Positions 51,871 to 61,683 of a DNA stretch of 64,000 nt are shown here, one piece after another. Made by a program: the position numbers and the translations under genes. Under the pieces are notes generated by a model. It was not told where the DNA came from. It searched no databases and was given only the letters and a program-made list of their open reading frames with translations. This DNA comes from an uncultured Verrucomicrobiae bacterium. Lineage in GTDB: Bacteria > Verrucomicrobiota > Verrucomicrobiia > Chthoniobacterales > UBA10450. The stretch's first letter is position 1. The number at the start of each line of letters is the position of its first letter. The stretch lies in contig CAVSDR010000006.1 in NCBI GenBank assembly GCA_963726745.1, positions 544,001 to 608,000 on the forward strand, given 5' to 3'.

Positions 51871-52440
51871 GTGAGCCAGGATCTCCTCGCCCTCTTCCGC
51901 CAAACCGGCGCGCTGCTTGACGGTCATTTCGTCCTGCGTTCCGGCTTGCATAGCCGGCAGTTTTTCCAGTGTGCCCTGCTCCTGCAGCACACCGGGATTG
52001 CCGCCGAGGTTTGCGGGCAATTAGCCGACAAGCTGCGCGACATCCCGGCTGATGCCGTCATCTCGCCGGCACTTGGCGGGATCGTCGTCGGCCAGGAAGT
52101 CGGCCGCTCGTTAGGCAAGCGTCACATTTTCGCGGAGAAAAACGATGCCGGCGGGCTGGTCCTGCGCCGCGGTTTCCAGATCGCGCCCGGCGAGCGCTTC
52201 ATCGTCGCGGAGGATGTGGTCACGCGCGGCGGACGCGTGCAGGAGACGGTCGACATCGTCCGCCAACACGGCGGCGTGGTCGCGGCCGTGGGGGTGATCG
52301 TGGACCGCAGCGGCGGGCAACATCCGGACTTTGGCTGCCCTTTCGTCAGCCTGGTGGAGATGAACGTCGAGACTTTCGAGGCCGACAAGTTGCCGCCTGA
52401 TTTAGCCGGCACTCCCGCGGTCAAGCCCGGGAGCAAGTAG
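51871..52440 (+). CDS. pyrE: Orotate phosphoribosyltransferase
   Basis: GHFVLRSGLHS, PALGGIVVG, IVAEDVVTRGG, IVDRS. Confidence 0.95.
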   Translation: MSQDLLALFRQTGALLDGHFVLRSGLHSRQFFQCALLLQHTGIAAEVCGQLADKLRDIPADAVISPALGGIVVGQEVGRSLGKRHIFAEKNDAGGLVLRRGFQIAPGERFIVAEDVVTRGGRVQETVDIVRQHGGVVAAVGVIVDRSGGQHPDFGCPFVSLVEMNVETFEADKLPPDLAGTPAVKPGSK

Positions 52441-54204
52441 CTCCTCGATTCGCGCCCGCATCCGTTCCCCCGCGGCTGCCGGCGCCAGGAGCACGCGCAT
52501 TTCCTCCGCCGCGCGTTCACCGATCGCGCGCGCGGCCGCGCGATTCTGGAAGACCCAGCGCATCAGCCGCGCGGCGTGATCCTCACTCGGCTCCGCCCAG
52601 CGGTAGCCCTGCCGGTAAATCCCGCCGTCCTCCGCGATCGGCACCAACTCGTAATCCACCAGCAGGCTGTTCTGCGCGTTCATGAACGCGGTGTTTCCGG
52701 AGTAATTCGTCGCGATCACCGGCTTTCCGAGCAGCATCGCTTCCGCCAGCACCAGGCCGAAACCTTCCGAGCGATGGAGCGAGACCAGGCAATCAGCCAG
52801 CGAGATGTAACCGCAGGCCCGGGGGCGCGTGGTCACTTCATCGACGAGGACGATCTTCGCCGCGCCCGCTTCCTCGCGCAGCCGCGCGAGATTGGCCGCA
52901 TCGTAGGACCCACGGCTGACCTTGATCACGAGCGTGGCCGCATCCTCCGGCCCGAAGACGCGCTGGAAGGCGCGCACCACCGCGAGCGGATTCTTTCGGC
53001 GAAAGTCGCTCGCCATGTCGAAGAGAAACAGGAAGACAAACTCGCCCGGATCGAGCCCGAGCTCGGCGCGCGAGATTTCTTCCACCTCCGGCAGGGCCAC
53101 GGGCGGCAGGAGTTCGCGCACCGGCACGGTCAGCTGCGTGCGCAAGGCCTCGGCCACGAAAGGCGTCGGCGCCCAGACCTCGTCCAGTTCCTCTGCGAGC
53201 GGTGCCCACTCCGCTGGGATCGCATCCAGTTCCCAGGCCCAATACGCGATCTGCACCCGGGCGCGCCGCGGCAAGCCGGCGCGTTGGTAGCGCACGGCAA
53301 AATGCGGCTCCGGCGCGACGTTCGTGATCGTGACCGGGAAGTCCTCGAAGCCGAGATACGCGGTCCGCGGCGCCAATTCCGTGCGCACCCCGGTGGGCAC
53401 ATCTCGCCGGCTAATTTCGAAGCCCGCCGTCTCGAGGGCCGCGGCCGCCTCCACTGCCGCCTGGCGAATGCCCGAGCTGTAGCAAAAGTGGCTCAGGAAA
53501 TTCACCCCCGCCCGGTTGGCCGACGACTCGTTAGGCGCGAGCGGCGGGAGCGTTTTCACCGCGCGCAGCGGCGCGTATTTCGGAAATTCCGCGTGCAGCC
53601 ACGCGAGCAAGCCAGAGGCGTCCGTGCGCGCCTCGGGGAAGCGCTCCTGCCAGTCCGGCAGGATCAAATAGGTGAGCGCGATGTGCCGTGGGAGGTCCTC
53701 TGCGGTCGCGTGGAGAAACCAGAGAATCTCCTCGTCCGAGCAGCCATGTTCCGCGCGGCCTTTGCCCACGAGCCATTTTGCGAAGCGCTTCTGCCCCACT
53801 GGCAGGAGGCCCAACGGGTAACGCCACTGCACCTCCGGCGTGTGCAGGAAAAACTCGCGCAAGGCCGCGCCCGGGTCGGCGGGGAAAGCGCTGCCTAAAT
53901 TCGCCGCGGTGGAAGAGGGCAGCTTCAACTCCCGCGCGCCCTCGCCTTTCAACCATTCGCGGTAGGCCGGGTCGCCCACGACCGCGCGCGGAAAGCGTTT
54001 CCGCAAATCCGGCCGAGAGCGTAACAATCCGAGGAGAAAACGCGGAGCGGTCGCGGCGCTTCCAGCATCCGAGGGCGACCAGCGGCCGAAAGCCAGTCCG
54101 CGCGTGTCGACCAGCGCAGTCATGGTGCGCTCATGATAGATGTCGAAGAGGTCGGAGGGCGCTTCCGGGACCTCGGTGCGGCGGAGAAATTTGGGTAATC
54201 GCAT
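52402..54204 (-). CDS. Glycosyltransferase family 4 (GT-B)
   Basis: YWAWEL, DEVWAPTPFV, FDMAS..RRKNP, SLHRSEGFGLVLAEAMLLGKPVIATNYSGN. Confidence 0.88.
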   Translation of the reverse strand: MRLPKFLRRTEVPEAPSDLFDIYHERTMTALVDTRGLAFGRWSPSDAGSAATAPRFLLGLLRSRPDLRKRFPRAVVGDPAYREWLKGEGARELKLPSSTAANLGSAFPADPGAALREFFLHTPEVQWRYPLGLLPVGQKRFAKWLVGKGRAEHGCSDEEILWFLHATAEDLPRHIALTYLILPDWQERFPEARTDASGLLAWLHAEFPKYAPLRAVKTLPPLAPNESSANRAGVNFLSHFCYSSGIRQAAVEAAAALETAGFEISRRDVPTGVRTELAPRTAYLGFEDFPVTITNVAPEPHFAVRYQRAGLPRRARVQIAYWAWELDAIPAEWAPLAEELDEVWAPTPFVAEALRTQLTVPVRELLPPVALPEVEEISRAELGLDPGEFVFLFLFDMASDFRRKNPLAVVRAFQRVFGPEDAATLVIKVSRGSYDAANLARLREEAGAAKIVLVDEVTTRPRACGYISLADCLVSLHRSEGFGLVLAEAMLLGKPVIATNYSGNTAFMNAQNSLLVDYELVPIAEDGGIYRQGYRWAEPSEDHAARLMRWVFQNRAAARAIGERAAEEMRVLLAPAAAGERMRARIEELLAPGLDRGSAG

Positions 54205-54299
54205 AATCAGCCAGCGAGATTGCGCGCCGCTTCTTGACCGCATCGGGCGCGGCTTCTACTTTCGCTCATCCGCGGCCTAACGGCTGACGAACCATAATT

Positions 54300-54995
54300 G
54301 TGAATCGCATTTCCGCCTTCTCCAGTTCATCGATCGGGCGGAAATACATCGTCGCAGTGACCGGCCTCGTCCTGATCCTTTTCGTGGTCGGGCATCTTCT
54401 CGGCAATCTCCAGATTTTCCTTGGGCCGGATTGGATCAATAGCTATGCGGAGCACCTGCGCGCGCTCGGCCCGCTCCTTTGGGTCGTCCGCATCGGCCTG
54501 CTCGTGACCGTGGTCCTGCACATCTACTTTACCATCCGGCTGGCGATCGATAACCGGCGCGCCCGGCCGCAGCGTTACGTGCAAAAGGATTGCGTCAAAG
54601 CCACCTTCGCCTCGCGCTCGATGGCGCTCAGCGGGCTGGTGGTTTTAGCCTTCATTCTCTTCCACCTCGCGCATTTCACCGTGCGCGTGACCGATCCGCG
54701 CTTCGCCCTCCTGAAGAACGATCCGCTGAACCGCTACGACGTCTTTTCGATGATGGTTTACGGCTTCCAGAATTACTTCGTCTCCGGCTTTTACGTCCTC
54801 GGGCTCTTCCTGCTCACGCTCCACCTGACCCACGGCACCTCGAGTTTCTTCCAGTCGTTAGGCTTGAACGACAAGAAGCTGACCCCGCGGCTGGCCTGGG
54901 CCGGGCGCGTCGTCGCCTGGGCGATCTTTGTCGGCTACACCTCCATCCCGGTCGCGGTGCTGCTCGGGTTCATCAAGCCGGCGCAGCAATTATGA
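54300..54995 (+). CDS. sdhC: Succinate dehydrogenase cytochrome b subunit
   Basis: [31 protein letters not shown]; first gene of sdhCAB. Confidence 0.92.
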   Translation: MNRISAFSSSSIGRKYIVAVTGLVLILFVVGHLLGNLQIFLGPDWINSYAEHLRALGPLLWVVRIGLLVTVVLHIYFTIRLAIDNRRARPQRYVQKDCVKATFASRSMALSGLVVLAFILFHLAHFTVRVTDPRFALLKNDPLNRYDVFSMMVYGFQNYFVSGFYVLGLFLLTLHLTHGTSSFFQSLGLNDKKLTPRLAWAGRVVAWAIFVGYTSIPVAVLLGFIKPAQQL

Positions 54996-56921
54996 TCGGC
55001 ACGCTCGATTCGAAAGTTCCGCCCGGCCCGCTGGCGTCGAAATGGACCGATTACAAGGACCACGCGCGTCTCGTGAGCCCGGCGAATCGCCGCAAGCTCG
55101 AGGTGATCGTCGTGGGCAGCGGCCTGGCGGGCGGCGCGGCCGCGGCCACGCTCGGCGAGCAGGGCTACAAGGTGAAGTGCTTCTGCTTCCAGGATTCGCC
55201 CCGGCGCGCCCACAGCATCGCCGCGCAGGGCGGGATCAACGCCGCGAAAAACTATCAAAACGACGGCGACAGCGTCTTCCGCCTCTTCTACGACACCATC
55301 AAAGGCGGCGATTTTCGCTCGCGCGAGGCCAACGTCCATCGCCTCGCGGAAGTGAGCAATCTGATCATCGACCAATGCGTCGAGCAGGGCGTCCCTTTTG
55401 CCCGCGAATACGGCGGCCTGCTGGCGAATCGCTCCTTCGGCGGCGCCCAGGTTTCGCGCACCTTTTACGCGCGGGGCCAGACCGGGCAGCAGCTCTTGTT
55501 AGGCGCTTACCAGTCGCTTTGCCGGCAAATTGACGCCGGCACCGTGCTGATGTTCCCGCACACCGAGATGCTCGATCTCGTGCTCGTCGATGGCCACGCC
55601 AAGGGGATCATCACGCGCAATTTGATCACCGGGAAAATCGAGCGCCACGCGGCCGATGCGGTCGTGCTCGGGACCGGCGGCTACGGCAACGTCTTTTATC
55701 TCTCGACCAACGCGCGCGGCTCGAACGTGACCGCGACGTATCGCGCCCACAAGAAAGGCGCGCTCTTCGCGAATCCTTGCTTCACCCAGATTCACCCGAC
55801 CTGCATCCCGGTGAGCGGCGCTTACCAGTCGAAGCTCACCCTGATGTCGGAATCGCTCCGCAACGACGGCCGCGTCTGGGTGCCGAAGAAGCAGAGCGAC
55901 GACCGCAAGCCGGCCGACATCCCCGAGGCGGAGCGCGATTATTATCTCGAGCGGAAGTATCCCAGCTTCGGCAATCTCTCGCCGCGCGACATCGCTTCGC
56001 GCGCGGCCAAGGAAGCGTGCGACGACGGCCGCGGCGTGGGCCCGGGCGGTCGCGGAGTTTACCTCGACTTTGCCGACGCGATCGCGCGCCTGGGCGAGCC
56101 GTCTGATTCGCGAGCGTTACGGCAATCTCTTCGACATCTACGAGAAGATCACCGGCGAGAACGCCTACAAGCAGCCGATGCGGATTTACCCGGCGGTGCA
56201 CTACACCATGGGCGGCCTGTGGGTGGACTACAATTTGATGTCTAATCTTCCGGGCCTGCACGTCATCGGCGAAGCGAACTTCTCCGATCACGGCGCGAAT
56301 CGCCTCGGCGCAAGCGCGCTCATGCAGGGATTGGCGGATGGCTATTTTGTCCTGCCCTACACGCTCCCGATCTATCTCGCCGGCCAAATCGGGAAGCGCC
56401 CGAGCGTCGACCACGAAGCTTTCGTCACCGCGGAGAACGAAACCCGCGCGCGGATCGACCGCATGCTCAAGATCAATGGCACCCGCAGCGTCGATTCCTT
56501 CCATCGCGAGCTCGGCCTGCTGATGTGGGACAAGTGCGGCATGGCCCGGAACGCCGCCGGCTTGCGGGAGGCGATCGAGCGGATTCCGAAGCTGCGCGAG
56601 GAATTCTGGAGCAACGTCCGCGTGCTCGGCGAGAACGAGGAATACAACCAGTCGCTCGAGCGCGCCGGACGTGTTGCTGACTACTTGGAATTCGCCGAGC
56701 TGATGTGCCGCGACGCGCTCGCGCGCGACGAGTCCTGCGGCGGGCATTTCCGCGAGGAACACCAGACGGCCGACGGCGAAGCGCTGCGCAACGACGAGGA
56801 TTTCGCGGCCGTCTTTGCCTGGGAATACCAAGGCTCCAACGGCACCTTGCGCGAGCCGATTCTCCATCGCGAAGCATTGGATTTCGAAACCGTTGAGCTG
56901 ACGCAGAGGAGCTATAAATGA
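54992..56921 (+). CDS. sdhA: Succinate dehydrogenase/fumarate reductase flavoprotein; frameshift near 56100
   Basis: [50 protein letters not shown]. Confidence 0.95.
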
Positions 56922-57691
56922 ACTTCAAACTCCGCGTTTGGCGCCAGAAAGTCGGCGAGCCGCAGGGCCGCCTGGCCGAATACGAGGCGCGCGATATTCC
57001 GCCGCACGCCTCTTTCCTCGAGATGCTCGACATCATCAACGAGGACCTGGTCACGAAAGGCGAAGACCCGATCGCCTTCGAGTCGGATTGCCGCGAAGGC
57101 ATTTGCGGAACTTGCAGCCTAACGATCAATGGCGAGGCTCATGGCCCGGACCATCCGGGTGCGGCCTGCCAGCTTTACATGCGGCGTTTTCGCGACGGCG
57201 AGACGATCACGGTGGAGCCATTCCGCGCGCGCGCCTTCAAAACCGTGCGCGATCTGGTGGTCAATCGCAGCGCGCTCGACCGTATCGTCCAGGCCGGCGG
57301 CTACATCTCAGCGCGGGCTGGTTCCGCGCCGGAAGCGAACTCCATCCCGGTGCCGAAACACGATGCCGACCTGGCCATGGAAGCGGCTGCCTGCATCGGT
57401 TGCGGCGCTTGCGCCGCGGCCTGTCCGAACGCCTCCGCGATGCTCTTCACCTCGGCCAAGGTTTCGCATCTCTCGTTGCTTCCGCAGGGCAAGCCGGAAC
57501 GCGACAAGCGGGTGATCAAGATGGTCCAACAAATGGACGCCGAAGGCTTCGGGAACTGCACCAACACTTATGAGTGCGAAGCGGTTTGCCCGGCCGAAAT
57601 CAGCGCCAGCTTCATCGCCAAGCTCAACCGCGAGTATGCCCGGGCGATGCTGCGAAGCTCGGCCGGGAGACTAGCGGCTGCTGGCGAATGA
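56918..57691 (+). CDS. sdhB: Succinate dehydrogenase iron-sulfur subunit
   Basis: [33 protein letters not shown]. Confidence 0.95.
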   Translation: MNFKLRVWRQKVGEPQGRLAEYEARDIPPHASFLEMLDIINEDLVTKGEDPIAFESDCREGICGTCSLTINGEAHGPDHPGAACQLYMRRFRDGETITVEPFRARAFKTVRDLVVNRSALDRIVQAGGYISARAGSAPEANSIPVPKHDADLAMEAAACIGCGACAAACPNASAMLFTSAKVSHLSLLPQGKPERDKRVIKMVQQMDAEGFGNCTNTYECEAVCPAEISASFIAKLNREYARAMLRSSAGRLAAAGE

Positions 57692-58522
57692 AGTCTCGCA
57701 CGGCGTGCGTCCAGAGTTCCGGGTCGAGCTCCGCACGGGCGCGCTCGGCTAACGAGTCGCTCTCGGCTCCGTCGCGCAACACCGCCATCATGGTCGCGCC
57801 GGAACCCGACATCATCGCCGACGCCCACTTCCGGTTGCGCCCGGAGCCAGCGCTTCATCTCCGCGAGGAAGACGTATTTCTCGAAGACCGGACGCTCGAG
57901 ATCATTCACGAAGGTGATTCCGCCAAACTCCTGCGGCGCGGTAATCGATTCCCGCTCAGTTCACGCGAATCGCGCCAGCGGCTGTAAGCCCAGGGCGTGG
58001 GCACGCCGAACTCCGGCTTAAGCAGGAGCAGCCGGAAATTAGCCGGCAACTTCACCGGCTCGACCTGCTCCCCGCGCCCGCGGCACCGCGCCGCCGAGCG
58101 AAAGAGGAAGAACGGCACATCGGAGCCCAGCTCCGCGGCCATCTCCGTCAATTTCTCGTTAGGCAGACCGGCTTCGCAAAAGCTCATTCAAGCCCAGCAG
58201 CGTGCTCGCGGCGTCGCTGCTCCCGCCGCCGAGCCCGGCGCCGTGCGGGATGCGTTTCTCCAGATGGATCTTCACCCCGCCGCGTGAGCGGAAAAAGCCG
58301 CGCCGCGCGGACGACAAGATTATCCTCGCCCGTGGAAAGCGAGGGGTCGTCGCAGGTGAATTCAAGGCCGCTCGCGGTCCGCTCAAGCGTGAGCCTGTCG
58401 AAAAGCGAGACCGGCGCCATCAGCGTCTCGATTTCGTGAAAGCCATCGTCGCGCCGCCGCAAAATGCGGAAGGAAAGATTGACCTTCGCCGGCGCCCGAA
58501 GCTGCATAAGTTCGCCTTCCAT
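57624..58522 (-). CDS. ispE: 4-diphosphocytidyl-2-C-methyl-D-erythritol kinase; several frameshifts, 3' end uncertain
   Basis: [43 protein letters not shown] found in successive frames. Confidence 0.85.
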
Positions 58523-58527
58523 AACGA

Positions 58528-59232
58528 ATGAACTTCACCGAGACAACTGCGCGCGAACGTTTGATCATCGCGCTCGACCTGCCGAACGCCGCGGAGGCGA
58601 TCGCGCTGGCGGAGGAACTGGCGGGCGCGGTCACGCATTTCAAGATCGGCCTGCAGCTCTACACCGCCGCCGGGCCGGAGATTGTGCGCGCGATCGCCGC
58701 GACCGGCGCAGAAATTTTCCTCGACCTGAAATTGCACGACATCCCGAATACGGTTGCGAAGGCGGTGAGCGCGGCTGCGGAATTGCGGGTGAAAATGCTC
58801 ACGCTCCACTTGAGCGGCGGGCGGCGAATGCTCGAGGCGGCCGCAGCGGCCGCACCGGCTGATTTGCTCTTGTTAGGCGTGACCGTGCTCACGAGTTCGG
58901 ACGAAGCCACCCTGCGCGAGACGGGAGTCCATTCGACCGTCGAGGAACAGGCCATCCGGCTGGCTAATTTGGGCGCAGCGGCGGGCATCGGCGGCTTGAT
59001 CGCGAGCCCGCACGAAGTCGTGGCTTTGCGGAAACAGTTGGCCAAACCAATGACCATCATCACGCCCGGAGTCCGCCCGGCGTGGGCGGCGGCGGACGAC
59101 CAAAAGCGGTTCACCACCCCGCGCGAGGCGTTGGAAAACGGCGCCGACTTTCTCGTCATCGGACGGCCGGTAACCGCGCAGGCCGACCCGCGCGCGGCGG
59201 TGGAAAAGATCGCGCGCGAGATTGCCGGCTAA
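58528..59232 (+). CDS. pyrF: Orotidine-5'-phosphate decarboxylase
   Basis: LIIALD, FLDLKLHDIPNTV, GVTVLTS, TPGVRP...DDQKR, VIGRP. Confidence 0.97.
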   Translation: MNFTETTARERLIIALDLPNAAEAIALAEELAGAVTHFKIGLQLYTAAGPEIVRAIAATGAEIFLDLKLHDIPNTVAKAVSAAAELRVKMLTLHLSGGRRMLEAAAAAAPADLLLLGVTVLTSSDEATLRETGVHSTVEEQAIRLANLGAAAGIGGLIASPHEVVALRKQLAKPMTIITPGVRPAWAAADDQKRFTTPREALENGADFLVIGRPVTAQADPRAAVEKIAREIAG

Positions 59233-59237
59233 TTTCG

Positions 59238-59879
59238 ATGGAGCTCGCCGCGCTCGACGTTTATCCGGAGGAAACGCCTGGCTCGGCCGCGCGGCACATG
59301 GCGCTCGACGAAGCGCTGCTCCGGACCACCGACGTCCCGGCGTTGCGCTTCTACCGCTGGCGCGCCCCGGCGGCTTCGTTCGGTTACTTCAGCCGTTACG
59401 CGGAGGTCGAAGCGCTCGCGGCCGGGCGCGAGTTGGTGCGCCGCTGGACCGGCGGCGGGATCGTGCTGCATGGCGAAGACCTGACTTACGCCTTCGTGCT
59501 TCCGCGCAGTGCGCTGCGCTCGCGGGTGATCTACGAAGCGGTCCACCGGGCGATCTGTGCGGCGCTCGACGGACGAGCCGCGCTGGCCGCCGCCGCGGCG
59601 CCCCGAGTTTCCGACGCCTGTTTCGCCAACCCGGTCGCGGCGGACGTGCTCCTCGACGGCCGGAAGGTCGCAGGCGCGGCGCAGCGGCGGACGCGCACCG
59701 GCCTCCTGCAACAGGGCAGCATCCAGGGGGTGAAGTTGCCGGCTAATTTCCCGGAGGCTTTCGCACGCGCGCTCTGCCCGGAATTCAAAACCCGCAGCTT
59801 TTCCGAGGAGACGCAGGCGCTGGCGGAAAGCCTGGAGGCGGAAAAATATGCGAGTCTGGCGTGGCTGCGCGCACGTTAA
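59238..59879 (+). CDS. Lipoate-protein ligase family protein (LplA/LipM-like)
   Basis: MALDEALL, LRFYRW, VRRWTGGGIVLH, CF...DV...GRKVAGAAQRR, LQQGSI. Confidence 0.88.
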   Translation: MELAALDVYPEETPGSAARHMALDEALLRTTDVPALRFYRWRAPAASFGYFSRYAEVEALAAGRELVRRWTGGGIVLHGEDLTYAFVLPRSALRSRVIYEAVHRAICAALDGRAALAAAAAPRVSDACFANPVAADVLLDGRKVAGAAQRRTRTGLLQQGSIQGVKLPANFPEAFARALCPEFKTRSFSEETQALAESLEAEKYASLAWLRAR

Positions 59880-59962
59880 TTTCCTGGACCCCGGACGCGC
59901 CCAAAAGCCCGTCCTGCCACCGGAGCTTTGACTTGAGAAACGCACCCTCCTATCGTGAAACC

Positions 59963-60988
59963 GTGGAAGTTTCCCTAGGGGCGCCCGCGGCCAAATCGTC
60001 TTCGTTAGGCCCATTGGCGCAGGTGGCGCGGGGCGTGCAAACGCAACTCGACGAGGTCGAGCGGCGGATCGCGCACCAGGCGGCTTTGTTCGACCCGGCG
60101 GTGGAAGGTTATGTGGCCTACGCGATCGGCGGGCGCGGCAAACGGCTCCGTCCTTTGCTTGCGCTTCTGAGCGGCGGGGCGACCGGCGGCGTCTCTTCGG
60201 CACATGTCGATCTCGCGGTCATCCTCGAGTTAATCCACATCGCCACCCTGGTGCACGACGACATCATGGATGAGGCGGAACGCCGCCGCGGCTTGCCGAC
60301 GGTGAACGCGCGCTGGGGGAACGCGCTCAGCGTCCTGTTAGGCGACTGCCTTTTCGCGCACGCGCTAAGTTTGGCGACGCAATTCGAGAAGGCCGACGTG
60401 AGCCGCGCGATCGCGGATGCCGCGCGCGAAGTTTGCACGGGCGAAATCATCCAGACGCAACGCCGCTTCGACCTGCATCTCGCGATCGAGGAATACCGCC
60501 GGATCGTGGAGATGAAGACCGGTTCGCTCTTCATGGCTGCAGCGCAGCTCGGGGCGGTCTTGAACGACGCCGACGAAGCGACTGTGCAGGCGTTGAAAGA
60601 TTTTGGGATGAAGGTGGGCACGGCCTACCAGATCTACGATGACTGCCTCGACATCGCCGGCGACGAAGCGGTGATCGGCAAGACGCTCGGGACCGACCTG
60701 CGCAAAGGGAAATTGACGCTGCCGGTGCTCATCCTCCTGCGGACCGCGCCGGTAGTGGAGCGCGAGCGTTACGCGAAAATGATCGTGGACGGGAAGGTCG
60801 ACGAGGTCACCGCGGTTCTCACCGCCGGGCTCGCAGGCACGCCGATCGGCGAGTCGATCGACGCCGGGCTGGCCTTGATTCGCGAAGCGCAAGACGGGCT
60901 GGCCATCCTCCAGCCGGGCAGCCACGCGGAGGCGCTCGGGCAATTTTGCGAGACGCTGCGCGATCTCTTCGAGCAACTGCGGGGCTGA
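59963..60988 (+). CDS. Polyprenyl diphosphate synthase
   Basis: GKRLRP, LVHDDIMDEAERRRG, KTGSLF, YQIYDDCLD, GTDLRKGKLTLP; start uncertain. Confidence 0.92.
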   Translation: MEVSLGAPAAKSSSLGPLAQVARGVQTQLDEVERRIAHQAALFDPAVEGYVAYAIGGRGKRLRPLLALLSGGATGGVSSAHVDLAVILELIHIATLVHDDIMDEAERRRGLPTVNARWGNALSVLLGDCLFAHALSLATQFEKADVSRAIADAAREVCTGEIIQTQRRFDLHLAIEEYRRIVEMKTGSLFMAAAQLGAVLNDADEATVQALKDFGMKVGTAYQIYDDCLDIAGDEAVIGKTLGTDLRKGKLTLPVLILLRTAPVVERERYAKMIVDGKVDEVTAVLTAGLAGTPIGESIDAGLALIREAQDGLAILQPGSHAEALGQFCETLRDLFEQLRG

Positions 60989-61683
60989 TGTCGCCGCTTA
61001 AAATCCGCGAGCTGCCGGAGGACGAACGTCCCCGGGAAAAAATGCTCGCGCTGGGCCCGGCGGCGCTCAATGAAGCGGAGTTGATCGCAATTCTTCTGCG
61101 CACCGGAGTGCCGGGCGCGAATGCGGTCGAGGTCGCGCGCCAACTGCTGGCCCGCTTTACTTCGCTGGCCACGCTGAGCCGCTGCGGGGTCGAGGAACTG
61201 GCGGTAATCAAGGGCATCGGCGCGGCCAAGGCAATGCATCTGGTCGCCGCTTTCCAGCTGGGCCAGCGCCTGGCGAAGGAAACGCTCAAAAACGAGAAGC
61301 TGGAAACACCGGAGCAAATCTACCATCTCCTCGGAAACGAAATGCGCAGCCTGCACAAGGAATCGCTCCGCGTCCTCTTGCTCGATACCCGTTACCGGCT
61401 TCTACGCATGGAGGAGGTCTCGTTAGGCAGCATCAACGAAAGCATCGCGCACCCGCGCGACGTCTTCCGCCCGGCAGTCATCTTCTCGGCTTTTGCCGTC
61501 ATCGTGGTGCACAATCATCCCTCCGGCGATCCTTCGCCCAGCCAGGCCGACCACAGCCTCACCCGGCGCCTGGCGGAGGCCGCACAGCTTTTGCAGATCC
61601 GGCTGCTCGATCACCTGATCATTGGCGCACCATCTGAAGGGCGGCTGCCCTATTTCAGCTTCAAGGAGGCGGGCGTGCTTTGA
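60988..61683 (+). CDS. radC: RadC family JAB-domain protein
   Basis: ERPREKM, ELIAILLRTG, HPRDVF, HNHPSGDPSPSQAD, LLDHLII. Confidence 0.95.
   Translation: MSPLKIRELPEDERPREKMLALGPAALNEAELIAILLRTGVPGANAVEVARQLLARFTSLATLSRCGVEELAVIKGIGAAKAMHLVAAFQLGQRLAKETLKNEKLETPEQIYHLLGNEMRSLHKESLRVLLLDTRYRLLRMEEVSLGSINESIAHPRDVFRPAVIFSAFAVIVVHNHPSGDPSPSQADHSLTRRLAEAAQLLQIRLLDHLIIGAPSEGRLPYFSFKEAGVL

Larger units (their letters stand above)
580..59746. repeat. Dispersed motif family B: TTAGCC(A/G)GC / GC(C/T)GGCTAA
   Basis: + copies at 580, 3453, 4554, 4776, 6535, 6762, 11524, 15679, 19864, 25769, 26495, 27105, 40999, 52402, 58039; - copies at 10863, 12008, 19091, 26483, 27313, 34943, 38089, 49772, 53406, 58959, 59224, 59738. 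Confidence 0.9.

Noticed and set aside
54590..54991. N-terminal extension of SdhA in the ORF track
   Set aside because: It overlaps sdhC out of frame; the real start is the ATG at 54992 overlapping the sdhC stop.
57624..58522. ispE as a true pseudogene
   Set aside because: All catalytic motifs are retained in order and the indels resemble those in secA, lpxA and lpxK, so assembly error is more likely; reads are needed to settle it.
5263..61428. Motif A as merely a preferred encoding of Ser-Leu-Gly
   Set aside because: The same DNA word is also read as Pro-Asn-Glu, Leu-Thr and Arg-stop on either strand, and it uses codons that appear disfavoured here.
60988..61683. radC as evidence of a mobile element or of competence
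   Set aside because: It is a full-length chromosomal form in a housekeeping operon and is not diagnostic of either.
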